A DNA stretch of 64,000 bases from Patescibacteria group bacterium (GTDB lineage Bacteria > Patescibacteriota > UBA1384 > XYA2-FULL-43-10 > 1-14-0-10-43-13), in the NCBI GenBank assembly GCA_041666325.1, contig JBAYHC010000001.1, forward strand, positions 201,708 to 265,707, in the 5' to 3' direction. Shown in pieces: positions 19,258-28,439 of the stretch (position 1 is its first letter; every line of letters begins with the position of its first letter). The position numbers and the translations under genes are program-made. The notes under the pieces were generated by a model. That model was not told where the DNA came from. It saw nothing but the letters and a program-made list of their open reading frames with translations, and did no database searches.

Positions 19258-20415
19258 TTAGTGGGTTGCCTCCTCCACCCGCACCTGCGGGCGTTCTGCT
19301 GGCCTCCAGGCCGGCTTGGTCTTCGACTTGACGGTCGTCATCCAGTCCCCATTGCTGTCCTGGGTGACGTAGATGACGGTACCGTCGACCTTGGCCGGGG
19401 CGATGGAGGCCTTCTTGGTCTTCTTGGCCCCAGGCACCGGTGCGCCAGTGATCCGACTGTCGCGGAGACGGTCCCGCGCGAACTCATCTGGCACCTCGCC
19501 AACCAACTTGTAGTCAAGAGCGTTGGCCGAGGCGCCTTGCCTCGTCTCCTTGGTAATGTAGACGATCACTCCGGCCCAGGCCGGGGTATCGAGACCGTAG
19601 CCACTCGCCTCACCGACCGACTTGACGTTCAGGTGTGTCCAGCCATAGTCGTCGGCCTTAATGCGATAGACCCGATGGTTGTCGACGTCGACGTAGCTGG
19701 GCCACTGTGATAGCGGCAGCCACGGCGACGCAAACCGCTGGTTGTGGGTGGTCAAGAGGTTGATGTCCACACCCTTCCCCACCACCACACCGAACTCGCT
19801 GAGGCCATTGAGCCTGACAGCCGCCTCCTCGAGGCAGCCGACTGGCTCGCGCTCCTGTCCCCAGGACGCCTCAGGCACGCCCTGGCTGCCAGCGGTCGTT
19901 TCGTTCGGCACCGCCCGGCGCAGAGTGGCCACGTTGTTGGTCTGGCCATCGCTCAGGGGCGCGCTCAACGAAAGCTCGATCTCGGTGCTGCCGTCAGCTT
20001 TCCTGCTCTGGCCGATGGCGCGCACCAGGTAGAGATTCCCCCCCATCTTGAGGCCGGCGTAGCGCCCCGCGAAGGGGAACCAACCCGGGCCATCGAACAG
20101 GTCGGCCAGGTCGGGATCGAGTTTGCTGGGGTCTACCACGGTCGTTACCACCTCGACACCACCCTCGCTCGGTTGCCTCTGCAGGTCAACGGCGAAGGTA
20201 GCGGTCAGGTGCTTGTCGCCGACCTGGTTGAAGATGATCAGGTCGCCCTTGACCTTGGGCGCTTCCGGCGAATTCGGCGCGGGCGGCTCAAGGTTGCCGG
20301 AAGCCTGCTGCGGGGTTGGTGCCTTCGGCGCCGTATCCCCAGTTGAACCCTTCTTGCAGCCGGCCGCCAGCGTGGCGGCGGCGATCAGCGGGACAACAAA
20401 CCAGGTGTAACGCAT
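19258..20415 (-). CDS. Putative lipoprotein, high GC, unknown function
   Basis: Signal peptide with lipobox LAAG-C, Pro-rich linker; GC content conspicuously above flanks. Confidence 0.75.
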   Translation of the reverse strand: MRYTWFVVPLIAAATLAAGCKKGSTGDTAPKAPTPQQASGNLEPPAPNSPEAPKVKGDLIIFNQVGDKHLTATFAVDLQRQPSEGGVEVVTTVVDPSKLDPDLADLFDGPGWFPFAGRYAGLKMGGNLYLVRAIGQSRKADGSTEIELSLSAPLSDGQTNNVATLRRAVPNETTAGSQGVPEASWGQEREPVGCLEEAAVRLNGLSEFGVVVGKGVDINLLTTHNQRFASPWLPLSQWPSYVDVDNHRVYRIKADDYGWTHLNVKSVGEASGYGLDTPAWAGVIVYITKETRQGASANALDYKLVGEVPDEFARDRLRDSRITGAPVPGAKKTKKASIAPAKVDGTVIYVTQDSNGDWMTTVKSKTKPAWRPAERPQVRVEEATH

Positions 20416-20583
20416 CTCCGATCTCCTTCCCGAACTTCTCACGGTCTCGCCAAGGGGGCGGACCGATGCCTACCGATCAAGTTACTATCGGCCTGCAATA
20501 AGCACGAAGATCGCACTTACGAACAAGCCGATCGTAGTAATTGTCAAAGATCACGAAACCAACCCTCACCAAAAAACCGTATT

Positions 20584-20612
20584 AGTATATCATACTTTTT
20601 CACTTTTGTCAA
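20584..20612 (-). promoter_or_regulatory. Sigma70 promoter for lipoprotein gene
   Basis: TTGACA-17 nt-TATACT on minus strand. Confidence 0.75.
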
Positions 20613-20621
20613 CATTTGTCA

Positions 20622-20800
20622 CCGTGAACCCAGAAATTGGAGGCTAAAACTTAGCTAATTCCGTCATCCTGAACGAGTGGTAACGAAGTGAAGGATCTAG
20701 CGAAGCGAAATGAAAAAGGCTCAATACACACGGCTGCGCCTAGACTTTTCGCCTCCGGCTCAGAATGACTTAATAAATTGGATCAAATTTCTGAGTTCAG
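20622..20800. repeat. MITE/REP-like element (outer inverted repeats enclosing a GTCATCCTGA..GAATGAC unit)
   Basis: tgaacccagaaatt...aatttctgagttca outer arms; gtcatcctgaac...ctcagaatgac inner unit. Confidence 0.6.
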
Positions 20801-20817
20801 GGTTGTCAATGTGAAAA

Positions 20818-21006
20818 CCCGTGAATCAAAAAACTGATTGTCTCTGGAGTTGATTTGTTTCTATGTCATCCCAGACTTCCGCCCAGACCTCGGCTCGGTC
20901 TGATCGAGGCGGGTGATCTGGGATCCAGTCTCAAATTGCTTCTGGATCCTCGGGTCAAGCCCGAGGATGACAGCCTGGAAAAGAAAAAGTTTTTAGATTC
21001 ACGGGC
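20818..21006. repeat. MITE/REP-like element (outer inverted repeats enclosing a GTCAT..ATGAC unit)
   Basis: cccgtgaatcaaaaaact...agtttttagattcacggg outer arms; tgtcatccc...ggatcctcgggtcaagcccgaggatgaca inner unit. Confidence 0.65.
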
Positions 21007-21059
21007 AAACCAAAAAATAGCCTGCTTTGAAGCGGCAATAAAATCATGATTAGACCAAT

Positions 21060-21470
21060 CTATTTTTCTTGCAAGACACTCTTAGCAAGAGATCTGTACT
21101 GTTCACGCATTGGCGCGTCTCTCAGCGCGTCTGCATCAAGCCAGGCATACTCGCTGTGCTCATCGCTTAGCCGAACATTACTCAGGTCTGCCTCACACCG
21201 GAAAACCAAGACGATAAATTGATAGTTTGTCGAGTCGACCGTGGCCGCAAAATCCCAAGCATCGATAATGTTTCCCATCACAACGTTATCGACACCCAAT
21301 TCCTCTTGGAATTCTCGCTTCAAGGTTTCTTCGGGGTGCTCTCCAAAGTCAATCCGGCCGCCAGGCAGCTCCCAATTACCCCGTTGATCGCGAACCATGA
21401 AAATGCGACCGTCCTTTTTGACCAGCGCCTTGACTGTAACTCGTTGAATATTGTGATTATTGCTTGTCAT
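21060..21470 (-). CDS. NUDIX hydrolase
   Basis: WELPGGRIDFGEHPEETLKREFQEELG Nudix box. Confidence 0.93.
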   Translation of the reverse strand: MTSNNHNIQRVTVKALVKKDGRIFMVRDQRGNWELPGGRIDFGEHPEETLKREFQEELGVDNVVMGNIIDAWDFAATVDSTNYQFIVLVFRCEADLSNVRLSDEHSEYAWLDADALRDAPMREQYRSLAKSVLQEK

Positions 21471-21984
21471 ATTTCATGACTTCATCATTAAGCACTTCCA
21501 AATTCACGCCACATTGGGCGAAAACCCGGCGCGATTCTTGTGCATTGTGGTAACGATTTTGGCAAACAACCCGTTTAATGCCAGCATTAACCATCATCTT
21601 GGCACAAACCGGACACGGCTCGAGTTTCATATAGATCGTACCACCATCGATAGAAACACCCTTCTTGGCGGCTTGAGCAATAGCGTTTTGTTCGGCATGG
21701 ACTGTCCGAACACAGTGCTCAGAAACAGAACCGTCCGGATTCAATCGTTTTTGATATTGGTGGCCGGCATCATCACAATGGTCATCGCCAGCAGCAGAAC
21801 CAACATAACCCGTTACCAATATTTGCCTGTCTTTAACAATCACGCAGCCAGTCCGACCGCGATCGCACGTGCCGCGCTGCGAAACAGCATTGACCACTTC
21901 CATAAAATACTCATCCCAAGTAGGACGAACATGTTTGTGTGTCGGTATGTCACTATCTTCTAGCTTGGCTTTTCTCTGCGGCAT
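21457..21984 (-). CDS. dCMP deaminase (ComEB-like)
   Basis: RPTWDEYFM, HAEQNA, PCPVC; ggaggg RBS before ATG 21984. Confidence 0.92.
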   Translation of the reverse strand: MPQRKAKLEDSDIPTHKHVRPTWDEYFMEVVNAVSQRGTCDRGRTGCVIVKDRQILVTGYVGSAAGDDHCDDAGHQYQKRLNPDGSVSEHCVRTVHAEQNAIAQAAKKGVSIDGGTIYMKLEPCPVCAKMMVNAGIKRVVCQNRYHNAQESRRVFAQCGVNLEVLNDEVMKYDKQ

Positions 21985-22041
21985 ATGTGCCCTCCAAGTG
22001 AATAATGAGTTATGAATCTTGGACAACGGTAATGCTTCGCC

Positions 22042-22584
22042 CTAATTCTTGATTTCAGCAATTAACTTGTCCACTTTTGCGTATAGCTCTTCAATTGTTC
22101 CATCATTAATCAACTCAATGTCAGCTAACTCATAACATCTATTCATGTTCATTGCCCCTTCTTTGCCATCGGCCTGCTTAGCCTCAATCTCCCTCAGCTC
22201 TTCCATGTTTTTGATATCGCCCTCTCGACCACGTTTAATGATTCGGTCGAGTCGCATCTCGATTGGAGCATCGAGTTTAACTAAAACAAAATCGGACCTC
22301 TGACGCAGCACCTCAATCTCGCCCACCTGGCGAATTGAGGTAATAACGGCATCGCTATCACCAATTTCCTCCAAAGCTTTCTGAGTCAAATAGCCATGAC
22401 CCTTTTCGTTGCGCAAATTATTGCCATAACGGGTCATGTTGGGAATATCAATCTCTTCTCCCTCAGACCGCATAATACCTCGCAAAACGTCCGACAGTGA
22501 CACAGCCCTAAATCCCTTGCCGCGCAAGTAATCCAAAACGGTGTCCTTACCCGAAGCAATCGAACCAACGATACCAATTATCAT
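22042..22584 (-). CDS. P-loop nucleoside/nucleotide kinase (dephospho-CoA kinase-like)
   Basis: IIGIVGSIASGKDT, R..R...RGR, I.NDGT.EEL. Confidence 0.8.
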   Translation of the reverse strand: MIIGIVGSIASGKDTVLDYLRGKGFRAVSLSDVLRGIMRSEGEEIDIPNMTRYGNNLRNEKGHGYLTQKALEEIGDSDAVITSIRQVGEIEVLRQRSDFVLVKLDAPIEMRLDRIIKRGREGDIKNMEELREIEAKQADGKEGAMNMNRCYELADIELINDGTIEELYAKVDKLIAEIKN

Positions 22585-22637
22585 AAAACTCCTGTTTACA
22601 AAATCCTAGAACACCAGACGCTAAATTCTTTACAAGA

Positions 22638-23504
22638 TTAAACTTTTCTATATTCCGTGTCTATGCCGGTGGTACCATCAGACATTTTAATCTCCCTGTA
22701 ATCATCAAACAGGTGCGGCGCAATTTCCTTGAGCGCACGATAAACCATAACAGCCAACTTTCTTATTTCAATCTCTGCGTGTTCGCTACCTCGCATCTCG
22801 ATGAAGTGGCGCCAGGCTCTAATATTGGCACTCACAACAATTGGTGCCTCAGCCGCATTCAGCAGCAATGTTCTGGCACACTGCTGGACTTTTTTGCGCA
22901 GATCAGTCTTTCGCTCAGCCGACAGTACTCCGGCGCCATTTGATTGACGGTCCATCAGTTTCTTGGCCAGATCTTCATACGCCCTCGCAGATGCATCAAT
23001 TGATTCCTCAAAAAGAGCATGAAGATCAGCGTCGTCGATAAACTCTGGCCGCTCAACAAAACGCAAAACCGAACCGGAAACATAGCGCTGGCTTACCTGA
23101 GAGTAAGCAAACCCAGAGCGATGACGAACAAGTTCATGGGTGAGGGTGCGGGAAATCCCATAAAACAGGAATGAAACATCGGCATGCTCTAGCACAGAAC
23201 CATGCCCCGACAACTTGATGTTTGTGAAATATTTGCCAGCATCGGCATTGGTTGATCTCTTTGGGCCATAACTAACATAGCAGATTTGGCCCGCTGCCTT
23301 AACTAGCTGCTCGATGTCCGGAATTTTGGTTGGATCGTCGAGATATTTGTCAAATTCAAGATCTTTGTCGAATCCTTGCAAGAACTTGCGCATACCAGAC
23401 AGGTTTGTCTCTGTCTTTGCAATCATTACTACCCCTGGCTCCTTCAGGTATGGTGTGCCGTTTTTTGTTTTATAGACCTTTGTGTGATATGCCGGATAGT
23501 TCAT
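22638..23504 (-). CDS. thyX: FAD-dependent thymidylate synthase
   Basis: GHGSVLEH, THELVRHR..SQ.SQRYV, N.RAWRHF..R...HAE.EIR. Confidence 0.95.
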   Translation of the reverse strand: MNYPAYHTKVYKTKNGTPYLKEPGVVMIAKTETNLSGMRKFLQGFDKDLEFDKYLDDPTKIPDIEQLVKAAGQICYVSYGPKRSTNADAGKYFTNIKLSGHGSVLEHADVSFLFYGISRTLTHELVRHRSGFAYSQVSQRYVSGSVLRFVERPEFIDDADLHALFEESIDASARAYEDLAKKLMDRQSNGAGVLSAERKTDLRKKVQQCARTLLLNAAEAPIVVSANIRAWRHFIEMRGSEHAEIEIRKLAVMVYRALKEIAPHLFDDYREIKMSDGTTGIDTEYRKV

Positions 23505-23535
23505 CCTACTCCATTCTTACCCCTAGTTCATAATA

Positions 23536-24780
23536 TTATTCGATGCCTGGCACAGGAAAGGCCTGGGTCATTTCCTGAATTTCTTCCCTTACCTCAGTTA
23601 AGTTTTCCTCATCACTGATGTTTTGTGCTACCTTATTAAACAGTTCGGCAATTCGCTGCATCTCCTTGACCCCCATACCACGAGTAGTTAGGGCAGCTGT
23701 GCCAACCCGAACCCCTGATGTAATTGTGGGCGGCTGCGGATCGCCCGGAACTCCATTTTTGTTGACACTAATACCGGCATTCTCGAGTGCATCCTGATAC
23801 TCCCTACCGGTAATACCCATGCTGCGCAAATCAATCAATATCAGATGGTTGTCAGTACCATCGGTTACAAGGCTGAAATCAAGAGCTTTTAGGGTGTCCG
23901 CGAAGCACTTCATGTTCTCGACAACGTTCTCAATGTACCCTTTGAAAGCAGGCTGTAAAGCCTCCCCAAAGGCCACGGCTTTGGCAGCGATGATATGTTC
24001 AAATGGCCCGCCTTGCAGCATTGGGAAAACCGCCTTGTCAATCTTTTTGGCCAGCTCCGGATCATTAGTCATGATGATACCGGACCGTGGGCCGCGCAAA
24101 GTTTTGTGAGTGGTTGAGGTCACGATATCAGCAATGCCGACAGGAGAAGGATGAACACCTGCAGCAATCAAGCCCGCAATGTGAGCTATATCAGCAAAAA
24201 GATAGGCGCCGACCTCATCGGCGATAATTCTAAACTTCTTGTAATCAAGAGCCCTTGGATACGCAGAGTACCCGGCCATGATTACCTGCGGCTTGACCGC
24301 CTTCGCCATCCTCATTATTTCCTCATAGTCAAGATAACCTGTTTCAGGGTCAACGCCATAGCTATGTGATTCATACCACCTGCCAGAGAAGGAAACCTTG
24401 GCACCATGAGTTAAGTGCCCCCCAGCGTCCATAGCCTGACCAAGAATACGGTCACCCAAATTCAATACGGCAGCATAGGCAGCCATATTAGCTGACGATC
24501 CAGAGTGCGGTTGTACATTGGCATATTTGCAACCAAAAAGCTTCTTCAACCGCTCGATTGCCAGTGTCTCCATTTCGTCGATATATTTACAGCCACCATA
24601 GTAGCGCTTGCCGGGATAACCTTCGGCGTATTTGTTGGTCAGTATTGAACCGGTTGCTTCAAGAACTGCCTCGGACACATAGTTCTCGGACGCAATCATC
24701 TCTAGTCCATCTTTTTGGCGCTGTTTTTCCTTCTCGATGATACCAAAGACCTCTTTGTCTTGTATTTGTAGTTGCTCCAT
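23536..24780 (-). CDS. glyA: Serine hydroxymethyltransferase
   Basis: IASEN, NKYAEGYPGKRYYGG, STTHKTLRGPR. Confidence 0.97.
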   Translation of the reverse strand: MEQLQIQDKEVFGIIEKEKQRQKDGLEMIASENYVSEAVLEATGSILTNKYAEGYPGKRYYGGCKYIDEMETLAIERLKKLFGCKYANVQPHSGSSANMAAYAAVLNLGDRILGQAMDAGGHLTHGAKVSFSGRWYESHSYGVDPETGYLDYEEIMRMAKAVKPQVIMAGYSAYPRALDYKKFRIIADEVGAYLFADIAHIAGLIAAGVHPSPVGIADIVTSTTHKTLRGPRSGIIMTNDPELAKKIDKAVFPMLQGGPFEHIIAAKAVAFGEALQPAFKGYIENVVENMKCFADTLKALDFSLVTDGTDNHLILIDLRSMGITGREYQDALENAGISVNKNGVPGDPQPPTITSGVRVGTAALTTRGMGVKEMQRIAELFNKVAQNISDEENLTEVREEIQEMTQAFPVPGIE

Positions 24781-24787
24781 GTGTCTC

Positions 24788-25456
24788 CTATTTGCTAACC
24801 GCAATCGCAGCGGATTGTTTCTTTCGTAATCTCAAACTACCCTTAGATTCAAGAACTTTTTGCAAGTAAGCCCAGATATCCATCTCAATTTGCTCTATTT
24901 TTCTCTCACCGTCAATTAAAACGATTGGATCTTTGCGACGTCGATGCAGCCAAGCGTAAGTATCCCAGGCGATACCAAGCTTCTTCTCTTCTTCAAAAAG
25001 TTCGAATTCGTTCCTGCTTCTTGCGATGCGATTGATGCACTCAGATGGTTTCACCTTGATTAGGAATACGATATCAGGACTGATAAACTGGCCATTTATC
25101 TCTGCCAGCCATTTTCTTTCACAACCCACTGAGCCGAGCGCGATCGAAGAATAATAATACCTATCAGAAATAATAATATTGCCCTTTTCAAGGCTGGGAA
25201 CAATCTCCCGCTGCAGATGATGGGCTCTGTCGGCAGCAAAAAGGAGCTGGAGACACTCCGGTGAAGCCTTCCAGTCCTGAGTAAGAGCGCCCCTTATCAA
25301 GCCGCCAATTAAGTTATTGGTTGGCTCCTTGGTATCAAAAGCAAAATAGCCCAATTTATTTAATTTTTTAGTTAGCAAATCTACTTGGGTTGAAGATCCG
25401 GAGCCATCCAGGCCCTCGAAGGCAATAAAGAGTCCGGGAAATCCATGTTTGTTCAT
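24788..25456 (-). CDS. tmk: Thymidylate kinase
   Basis: FEGLDGSG, EP, LFAADR..H, SDRY..SS. Confidence 0.93.
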   Translation of the reverse strand: MNKHGFPGLFIAFEGLDGSGSSTQVDLLTKKLNKLGYFAFDTKEPTNNLIGGLIRGALTQDWKASPECLQLLFAADRAHHLQREIVPSLEKGNIIISDRYYYSSIALGSVGCERKWLAEINGQFISPDIVFLIKVKPSECINRIARSRNEFELFEEEKKLGIAWDTYAWLHRRRKDPIVLIDGERKIEQIEMDIWAYLQKVLESKGSLRLRKKQSAAIAVSK

Positions 25457-25878
25457 TTCACCCCCGTCGAACCAAAGCCGCCCTGTCCGCGCAGACTTTC
25501 CGATAATTCACCAACCTCAACGATCTGTGCTGACACAATTGGCTGAATAAGAAGTTGAGCAATTTTATCGCCTCGCTCAAAAGTATGCGGCACTGTCGAT
25601 GAATTATGCATTATGATCCGATACTCGCCTCGATAGGTGTGTTCGATAACTCCGCCCATCGTAGTTATGCCGTATCTGAGCGGAATACTGCTTTTGTCCC
25701 AAACAAGAGAAACATATCCCTCGGGCAGCTCAATAGCAATACCTGTCGGCACAGGCACAATCTTGCCGGGCTCGACAATTGTTTCCTCAACCGCATACAA
25801 ATCCATGCCGGCATCTCCTGGCAGAGCATATTTAGGCAGAATCGCGTCGGGGTGCAGCTTTTTAACTTTAATCTCCAT
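25453..25878 (-). CDS. dut: dUTP diphosphatase
   Basis: AGMDL, YRGE, KIAQL, RG.GGFGSTG. Confidence 0.95.
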   Translation of the reverse strand: MEIKVKKLHPDAILPKYALPGDAGMDLYAVEETIVEPGKIVPVPTGIAIELPEGYVSLVWDKSSIPLRYGITTMGGVIEHTYRGEYRIIMHNSSTVPHTFERGDKIAQLLIQPIVSAQIVEVGELSESLRGQGGFGSTGVK

Positions 25879-26119
25879 GAGTCCTCCGATTAATTTTCCG
25901 ACGAAAAAAGCGCCTGTGCGCTTTTGTTTTGGAGTTTTGTTTTGTTTTTGCCCCCAAGTTGCCTGCAGTATTAATTATACTTAGCGAAAAATCAAAAACC
26001 AATAACGGTTTTCCACAACTATACATATTACTATCACCAGACTTAATCTTTTTAATTTTGCCATTAAACAGACTGGTGTTAAAATGAGATAGAATTAACT
26101 ATTGAATATTGGAAGAGAA

Positions 26120-26731
26120 ATGAAATCAAAAACCATCCTACTGTCCTTAGCAGTTGTGATACTAATAGCGCCATCGCAAGCGACGGCTGCCAGCAAATCC
26201 GCTTCAACAACCGGCTCACAAGCTAGTAGCGGAGTGACAGCAAAGAAGACATTCAGCGACAAGTGTGCTAATGTGCAAACCAAACTGAAGACAAAAGCTC
26301 AGAATCATGGACTCAGCAAAGAAAAGCACCTTTCTGTCTACAACAATCTTCAGAACAGATTGACCAAATTCGCTGCAAGAGCCAAGAGTGCAGGATATGA
26401 TACAAGCAAGCTCGAATCAGATTTGGTCGAGCTCAAAGCCAGGGTTAACACCTTCAAGCTAAGCACAGAAGAGTATGATAAATCTGTGGCTCAGCTAAAA
26501 ACCAATATTTGTGGTCGCCCAGAGGACACCTTTCGTAATGATTTGAGTCAAACCAAAGAGCTATTAAAAAACGTCCATGCTAATGCTGCGCTTATCAGGA
26601 AGTTTGTCCAGGAAACTATAAAAGTTGATTTACAAGCACTCAAGAAGAGGGAAAGCACCGACAATCAAACCACTACTTCTGGCGCCGCTGCCGGAACATC
26701 AGGCTCGGAAGATGACTCTGACAATAACTAG
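26120..26731 (+). CDS. Secreted helical/coiled-coil protein
   Basis: N-terminal signal peptide, heptad-rich helical body with two Cys. Confidence 0.7.
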   Translation: MKSKTILLSLAVVILIAPSQATAASKSASTTGSQASSGVTAKKTFSDKCANVQTKLKTKAQNHGLSKEKHLSVYNNLQNRLTKFAARAKSAGYDTSKLESDLVELKARVNTFKLSTEEYDKSVAQLKTNICGRPEDTFRNDLSQTKELLKNVHANAALIRKFVQETIKVDLQALKKRESTDNQTTTSGAAAGTSGSEDDSDNN

Positions 26732-26758
26732 CCCACGGCACAAAATCAAAGGAATACT

Positions 26759-27286
26759 ATGAATGAACAAATACCACAATCTAACCCGCAGTTCGATGGA
26801 CCAACAAACCCACAGCCAAACCAACAATCACCAGACCCGACAATCCAGCAGGCACCAACAGAGACAATTACTCCTCCGCAGACTGGCCCCTTGTCCGCTT
26901 CCAGCCGTGCTTCAGGAGCGAATTTAGGTAGCCGTATCCAGATTCCTGTAAACTTTGCCAAGAGCTCATCAAGCAAAAGGCCTATCCTGGTTATCGTTCT
27001 GCTCATTGTTTTGCTCGGCGGTGGATATTATGCTTACACAAATGTAGTCAATAAACCGCAAACATCTACCGATACATCAGCAACGCAAGCCCAAGGTGAA
27101 TCAGCCGAATCTGATGACATAACCACGACCGATGCGGCCGGAAAAACTGAAACCAAAAGTACTACATCAAATTCGGTTTCTATCAGCCCGGATAGTGAAA
27201 TCAAAAGCATAGATTCTGCTCTTACTACAATTGATGATGACGACCTAGCAGACAGCTCTCTGTCTGATTCTGAACTAGGTCTCTAG
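26759..27286 (+). CDS. Single-pass membrane protein with low-complexity P/Q and S/T/D regions
   Basis: One TM (ILVIVLLIVLLGGGYY), aaagga RBS. Confidence 0.7.
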   Translation: MNEQIPQSNPQFDGPTNPQPNQQSPDPTIQQAPTETITPPQTGPLSASSRASGANLGSRIQIPVNFAKSSSSKRPILVIVLLIVLLGGGYYAYTNVVNKPQTSTDTSATQAQGESAESDDITTTDAAGKTETKSTTSNSVSISPDSEIKSIDSALTTIDDDDLADSSLSDSELGL

Positions 27287-27409
27287 CACGCAGCCCATGC
27301 CGTTGAAAAATAATTGTTTTTTTGCTATAGTTTTTCATGTTGCCAGGTTCAATCTTGGGTAATTGCTTTCGGCCCTTGGCGGAAGTTAGGCAATAAGTAA
27401 TTTCCTAAT

Positions 27410-27486
27410 GCGCCCATAGCTCAGTTGGTTAGAGCGTTACATTGACATTGTAGAGGTCAGAGGTTCGAGTCCTCTTGGGCGCACCA
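27410..27486 (+). tRNA. tRNA-Val(GAC)
   Basis: Cloverleaf GCGCCCA/TGGGCGC-ACCA, anticodon loop TTGACAT, GGTTCGAGTCC. Confidence 0.96.
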
Positions 27487-27549
27487 TAAAATTACGACAC
27501 TCTAAATATTGCACTACATCGACATTGTCGTGGCCTACACTCTAGGCAC

Positions 27550-27585
27550 CAAAAATACCCAACCGAAAAAGGTTGGGTATTTTTG
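27550..27585 (+). terminator. Intrinsic terminator after tRNA-Val
   Basis: caaaaatacccaacc-gaaaaa-ggttgggtatttttg. Confidence 0.8.
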
Positions 27586-27653
27586 TATTTACAGCCTTTA
27601 TTGATTGAATAATTTAAGGTATTGTTTGTTCAGTGATAGAGAGCGAACATCTT

Positions 27654-27729
27654 GGCCGCTTAGCTCAGTTGGTAGAGCGCTGCATTCACATTGCAGATGT
27701 CACTGGTTCAAGTCCAGTAGCGGCCACCA
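27654..27729 (+). tRNA. tRNA-Val(CAC)
   Basis: GGCCGCT/AGCGGCC-ACCA, anticodon loop TTCACAT, GGTTCAAGTCC. Confidence 0.96.
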
Positions 27730-27772
27730 TAATACATCCAACCACAACAACCGGACAACCGGTTTTTGCGTC

Positions 27773-28333
27773 TTATCTCGTTAAATCCATTACCGAGGGT
27801 GTAATATACACCTCTATGGCAGCAGAGAGCAGCAATAGCGGCAAGACTATCTTGGCATACTTTGACAAAGATATCTTATACGCGTCGCCAAAAGACTCGC
27901 GGTAAAAAAGCCTGCGAAATGACTTCCCTCCGAGCCAGAGACCATAGCTGGCCGATATAATCAGAGCAATCGATTCAGTAAAACCATGGGGCAACAGTCC
28001 CGACAGGGCAAAGCCAAGATCACGATTCGAGGCAACTATGGCTATCACGAGTCCGATCAGTTTACCGTTTGTGACCAGGAAATATATTGGCAATATTCCA
28101 AAAACAAAACCGAGCGATATTGCAAGCAGTGCCTTGATTGCATTGTTAAGAAATATAAACAAAAAGAGAGTCAAAGGCGGCAATTCGCGCAAAAATCCAA
28201 AGTCGGCAAAGTTTCGAATAACCGTTTCCCTTGCCTGCTCCAAGCCGTTTATCCCAACAATATAGCCAACGATTACCGAAACAAGAAACAGGATAATTGA
28301 TAGGAAATAATATCTTTTATTGATTTTACCCAT
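27773..28333 (-). CDS. SpoIIM/DUF95 family membrane protein
   Basis: IF.NN, NG..IG, LPHG..E, A.IE..ITP. Confidence 0.88.
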   Translation of the reverse strand: MGKINKRYYFLSIILFLVSVIVGYIVGINGLEQARETVIRNFADFGFLRELPPLTLFLFIFLNNAIKALLAISLGFVFGILPIYFLVTNGKLIGLVIAIVASNRDLGFALSGLLPHGFTESIALIISASYGLWLGGKSFRRLFYRESFGDAYKISLSKYAKIVLPLLLLSAAIEVYITPSVMDLTR

Positions 28334-28439
28334 GCCACTCCCCTGTGCCAAAAGATTCTAAGCCCACAACAGTAACAAAGCAAATCAAAAAGGAAAAGTA
28401 GTGGAGCGAAGCCACTCATTTTTCTAAATATAGTACTAT

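Noticed and set aside
19240-20346. Long plus-strand ORFs (156 and 200 aa) in the high-GC segment
   Set aside because: Antisense shadows of the lipoprotein gene, expected from high GC and codon bias; no motifs.
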